Made by a program: the position numbers and the translations under genes. The notes beneath the pieces were generated by a model that ran no database searches, was not told where the DNA came from, and was given only the letters and a program-made list of their open reading frames with translations. A DNA stretch of 64,000 nucleotides from an uncultured Actinomycetota bacterium (GTDB lineage Bacteria; Actinomycetota; Thermoleophilia; RBG-16-64-13), in assembly GCA_963777945.1 (NCBI GenBank), contig CAVZSN010000006.1, forward strand, positions 194,834 through 258,833. The letters are read 5' to 3'. Of the stretch, positions 61,582-64,000 are shown piece after piece; positions within the stretch are counted from its first letter, which is position 1; the number at the start of each line of letters is the position of its first letter.

Positions 61582-62739
61582 GCCGTCCCACCGCCTGCGG
61601 CAGGCCTGACGGCGCCGCTGCCATCGATCCCCCCGGGGCCGGGTCGGGCATCGTGCCGGCCCAGCCGGTTGGTCACCCGGATCATCTGTTCCAGCACATC
61701 GAGAGCCCGCCCCGAATCGATCGACGAGCGGGCCAGCCCAACTCCCGCAGGCAGCGAAGAAGCCAGACCGGCAACGTAGAGTGCGGCCCCCGCGTTCAGA
61801 AGCACGGCGTCGCGAGGCCCTCCGGCGACACCTGTCAAGCACGTCGCGGGTGATGGCCGCATTGGTCTGGGCGTCTCCGCCGGCCAGGGTAGATAGAGGA
61901 TGCCGGGCGAGTCCGCACTCCTCCGGCTCGATCTGGAAAGAGCGGCTCACGGCCCCCGATCTCACCTCCACCAGGAGTGATGGACCGGTGACCGACAGCT
62001 CGTCCATCCCCGGATCTCCGCAGACCACGAGGCCATGCTCGCAGCCCATGCGGGCGAGGGCATCGCCCAGCAATCGGAGATGCGCGGGACTGCTCACCCC
62101 GATGAGTTGCCGCCCGGCTCCCGCAGGGTTGGTGAGCGGCCCCAGCAGGTTGAAGACGGTGCGTATGCCGAGGGCCCGGCGTACGCCGGCCACTCTGCCC
62201 GCCGCCGGATGATGCGCTGCGGCGAACATGAACCCCATGCCGACCTCATCAAGGCAACGGGCCACTTCCTCGGGACCCAGACCGATCTCGATGCCGAGGG
62301 CCTCCAGCACATCGGCCGAGCCGCACGGCGAGCTCGCCGCCCGGTTGCCGTGTTTGGCCACCTTCGCCCCTGCCCCCACGGCGACGAAAGCCGCGGTCGT
62401 GGAGATGTTGAACGTCCCCAGATCATCGCCGCCGGTGCCTACGATATCGAGAAGGGCCTTTCGATGAGCGGTGTGGACGACCACCGCGGCCCGCCGCATG
62501 CCGTCCGCGAGCCCGGCGATCTCATCCGCCGTCTCTCCCTTCACCCGGAGTCCCATGAGGAAGGCGGCCACCTGCACGTCATCGAGTCCTCCCGCGGCTA
62601 TCTGATCGAGGACGGAGGCAGCCTCTTCCCGGGTGAGGTCCCGTCCCTCGGCCAGCGTCTTGAGGACGTCGGCAAGAGAGCGGGGGCAAGCGCGGTCGGT
62701 CCGCCGGCCGGATTGCGGACCGGTCTGCACGGTGCTCAC
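61578..62739 (-). CDS. trpD: anthranilate phosphoribosyltransferase, one frame change
   Basis: The GTG at 62739 overlaps the trpG stop. Motifs [22 protein letters not shown] and KHGNRAASS. The C-terminal [21 protein letters not shown]... is in ORF 61578..61862. There is an extra base near 61836. Confidence 0.85.
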
Positions 62740-63476
62740 CGCAGGGCCTTCCGGTTGCTTAGGAAGTTGCGCAGCAGTTCCTTGCCCACCGCCGTCAGGA
62801 GGCTCTCGGGATGGAACTGCACGCCCTCCACGTTGAACTCCCGATGCCGGACCCCCATGATCACCCCGTCCTGAGTCCAGGCCGAGCATTCGAGCTCCGG
62901 CGGAAGATCGCGGTCGATGACGAGAGAGTGATAGCGGGTGGCGACGAAAGGCTGCGCGATACCGGCGAAGATGGTCCGTCGGTCGTGGTGGATGAGGGAG
63001 GTCTTCCCATGGACCGGCGCCTCGCCCCGGATCACCCGGCCTCCGTACGTCTGTCCTATCGACTGGTGTCCCAGGCAGACTCCCAGGACAGGACACACGC
63101 CGCCGAAGGCTGCGACGGCCTCAAGGCTCACTCCTGCCTCATCCGGGGTGCAAGGGCCGGGGGATATCACCAGATGGGTGAGACCGTGCCGGCGGATACC
63201 GTCCACGGTGACCTCGTCGTTGCGGAACACGTGGATCCTCGTGCCCGAGATCTCCGCCAGGTACTGCACCAAGTTGTAGGTGAAGGAGTCGTAGTTATCG
63301 ATCATGAGGATGCGTAGATCGCTAAGCCCCGGAGCAGGGAAGCCCGCCCGATTCTCCCCCAGGCTGAAGCTCTGCTTGAGCTCTATGCCTGCCGGCGTGC
63401 CGGATCGCATGCCGCCGGGTGCGGCCGTCGTGATCTGATCTTGTCCGGTGTTCATCATCATCAGACCTACTCCCAT
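62736..63476 (-). CDS. trpG: anthranilate synthase component II (glutamine amidotransferase)
   Basis: [18 protein letters not shown]...GVCLGHQ...[10 protein letters not shown] (Cys-His-Glu triad context). The N-terminal ~45 aa may not be translated; start is uncertain. Confidence 0.9.
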   Translation of the reverse strand: MGVGLMMMNTGQDQITTAAPGGMRSGTPAGIELKQSFSLGENRAGFPAPGLSDLRILMIDNYDSFTYNLVQYLAEISGTRIHVFRNDEVTVDGIRRHGLTHLVISPGPCTPDEAGVSLEAVAAFGGVCPVLGVCLGHQSIGQTYGGRVIRGEAPVHGKTSLIHHDRRTIFAGIAQPFVATRYHSLVIDRDLPPELECSAWTQDGVIMGVRHREFNVEGVQFHPESLLTAVGKELLRNFLSNRKALR

Positions 63477-64000
63477 TCTTCCTGAGCGGTCGCCAGTTCG
63501 ATGGCCCGGAACATCGCCCGGGCTTTGTTCTCGGTCTCGCGGAACTCCTGCTCGGGCTCCGAGTCCGCCACGATGCCGGCTCCGGCCTGCACGTAGGCCA
63601 CTCCGTCGCGCACCAGCACGGTCCGGATGTAGATGCAGGAGTCGAGGTCGCCGGAGTAGCTGAGATACCCGATCGCGCCCGCGTACGGACCTCTCCGGAG
63701 CGGTTCGAGTTCGTCGATGATCTCCATGGCCCGCACTTTCGGCGCGCCCGAGACGGTGCCCGCAGGGAAGACGGCCCGCAGCGCGTCGGTGGCGCCGACA
63801 CCGTCCTCCAACTCCCCGGTGACCGACGAGACCATGTGCATCACGTGGCTGTATCGCTCGACCTCGGCGAACGTCTCCACCTGGACCGTGCCCGGACGGC
63901 AGACTCGTCCCAGGTCGTTGCGGCCCAGGTCGACCAGCATGACGTGCTCGGCCTTCTCCTTCTCGTCGTTCAGCATCTCCGAGGCCAGCCTGTGGTCCTC
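63467..64000 (-). CDS. trpE: anthranilate synthase component I, N-terminal part beyond window edge
   Basis: ORF 63467..63976 and onward. Chorismate-binding C-terminal motifs [40 protein letters not shown] and AGAGIVADS. Confidence 0.9.
   Translation of the reverse strand, partial: EDHRLASEMLNDEKEKAEHVMLVDLGRNDLGRVCRPGTVQVETFAEVERYSHVMHMVSSVTGELEDGVGATDALRAVFPAGTVSGAPKVRAMEIIDELEPLRRGPYAGAIGYLSYSGDLDSCIYIRTVLVRDGVAYVQAGAGIVADSEPEQEFRETENKARAMFRAIELATAQEEWE

Overview
High-GC (roughly 65%) bacterial chromosome segment. Nearly all genes are on the minus strand, and 4-nt ATGA/GTGA overlaps between neighbours are common. The polA-rpsA-coaE-uvrB block, futalosine-pathway genes (mqnD/mqnB) and Thr/Ala-rich lipoprotein linkers point to an Actinomycetota-like organism (inference only).

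Housekeeping content:
- Two 2-oxoacid dehydrogenase E1alpha/E1beta/E2 sets, neither with an E3 gene in the window.
- acs, leuS, uvrB, coaE, rpsA, polA and tatA.
- A trpEGDC-usp-FBA operon and tRNA-Leu(CAA).
- A TRAP transporter, an MFS transporter and a vapBC module.

Most interesting region: a same-strand accessory island of about 17 kb (39.5-56.0 kb). It encodes three paralogous pyrogallol-phloroglucinol transhydroxylase-like molybdoenzyme alpha subunits but only two Fe-S beta subunits, plus an internal IclR regulator and RidA and TatD-like genes. It also carries a compact SDR + cyclase-family + 3-hydroxyacyl-CoA-dehydrogenase-family + BKACE (+ cupin) module. That module matches the enzyme families of the anaerobic phloroglucinol ring-reduction and cleavage pathway. 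Next to the island lies a liv-type ABC transporter operon broken by about 24 frame changes.

Major caveat: I had to reconstruct many genes across single-base frame changes, including essential ones (leuS, rpsA, coaE, trpA/C/D). The sequence therefore probably carries indel errors, some at homopolymers, and pseudogene calls are provisional.

I saw no CRISPR array, rRNA, transposase or integrase. All functional calls come from reading the translated ORFs by eye; no database search was run.
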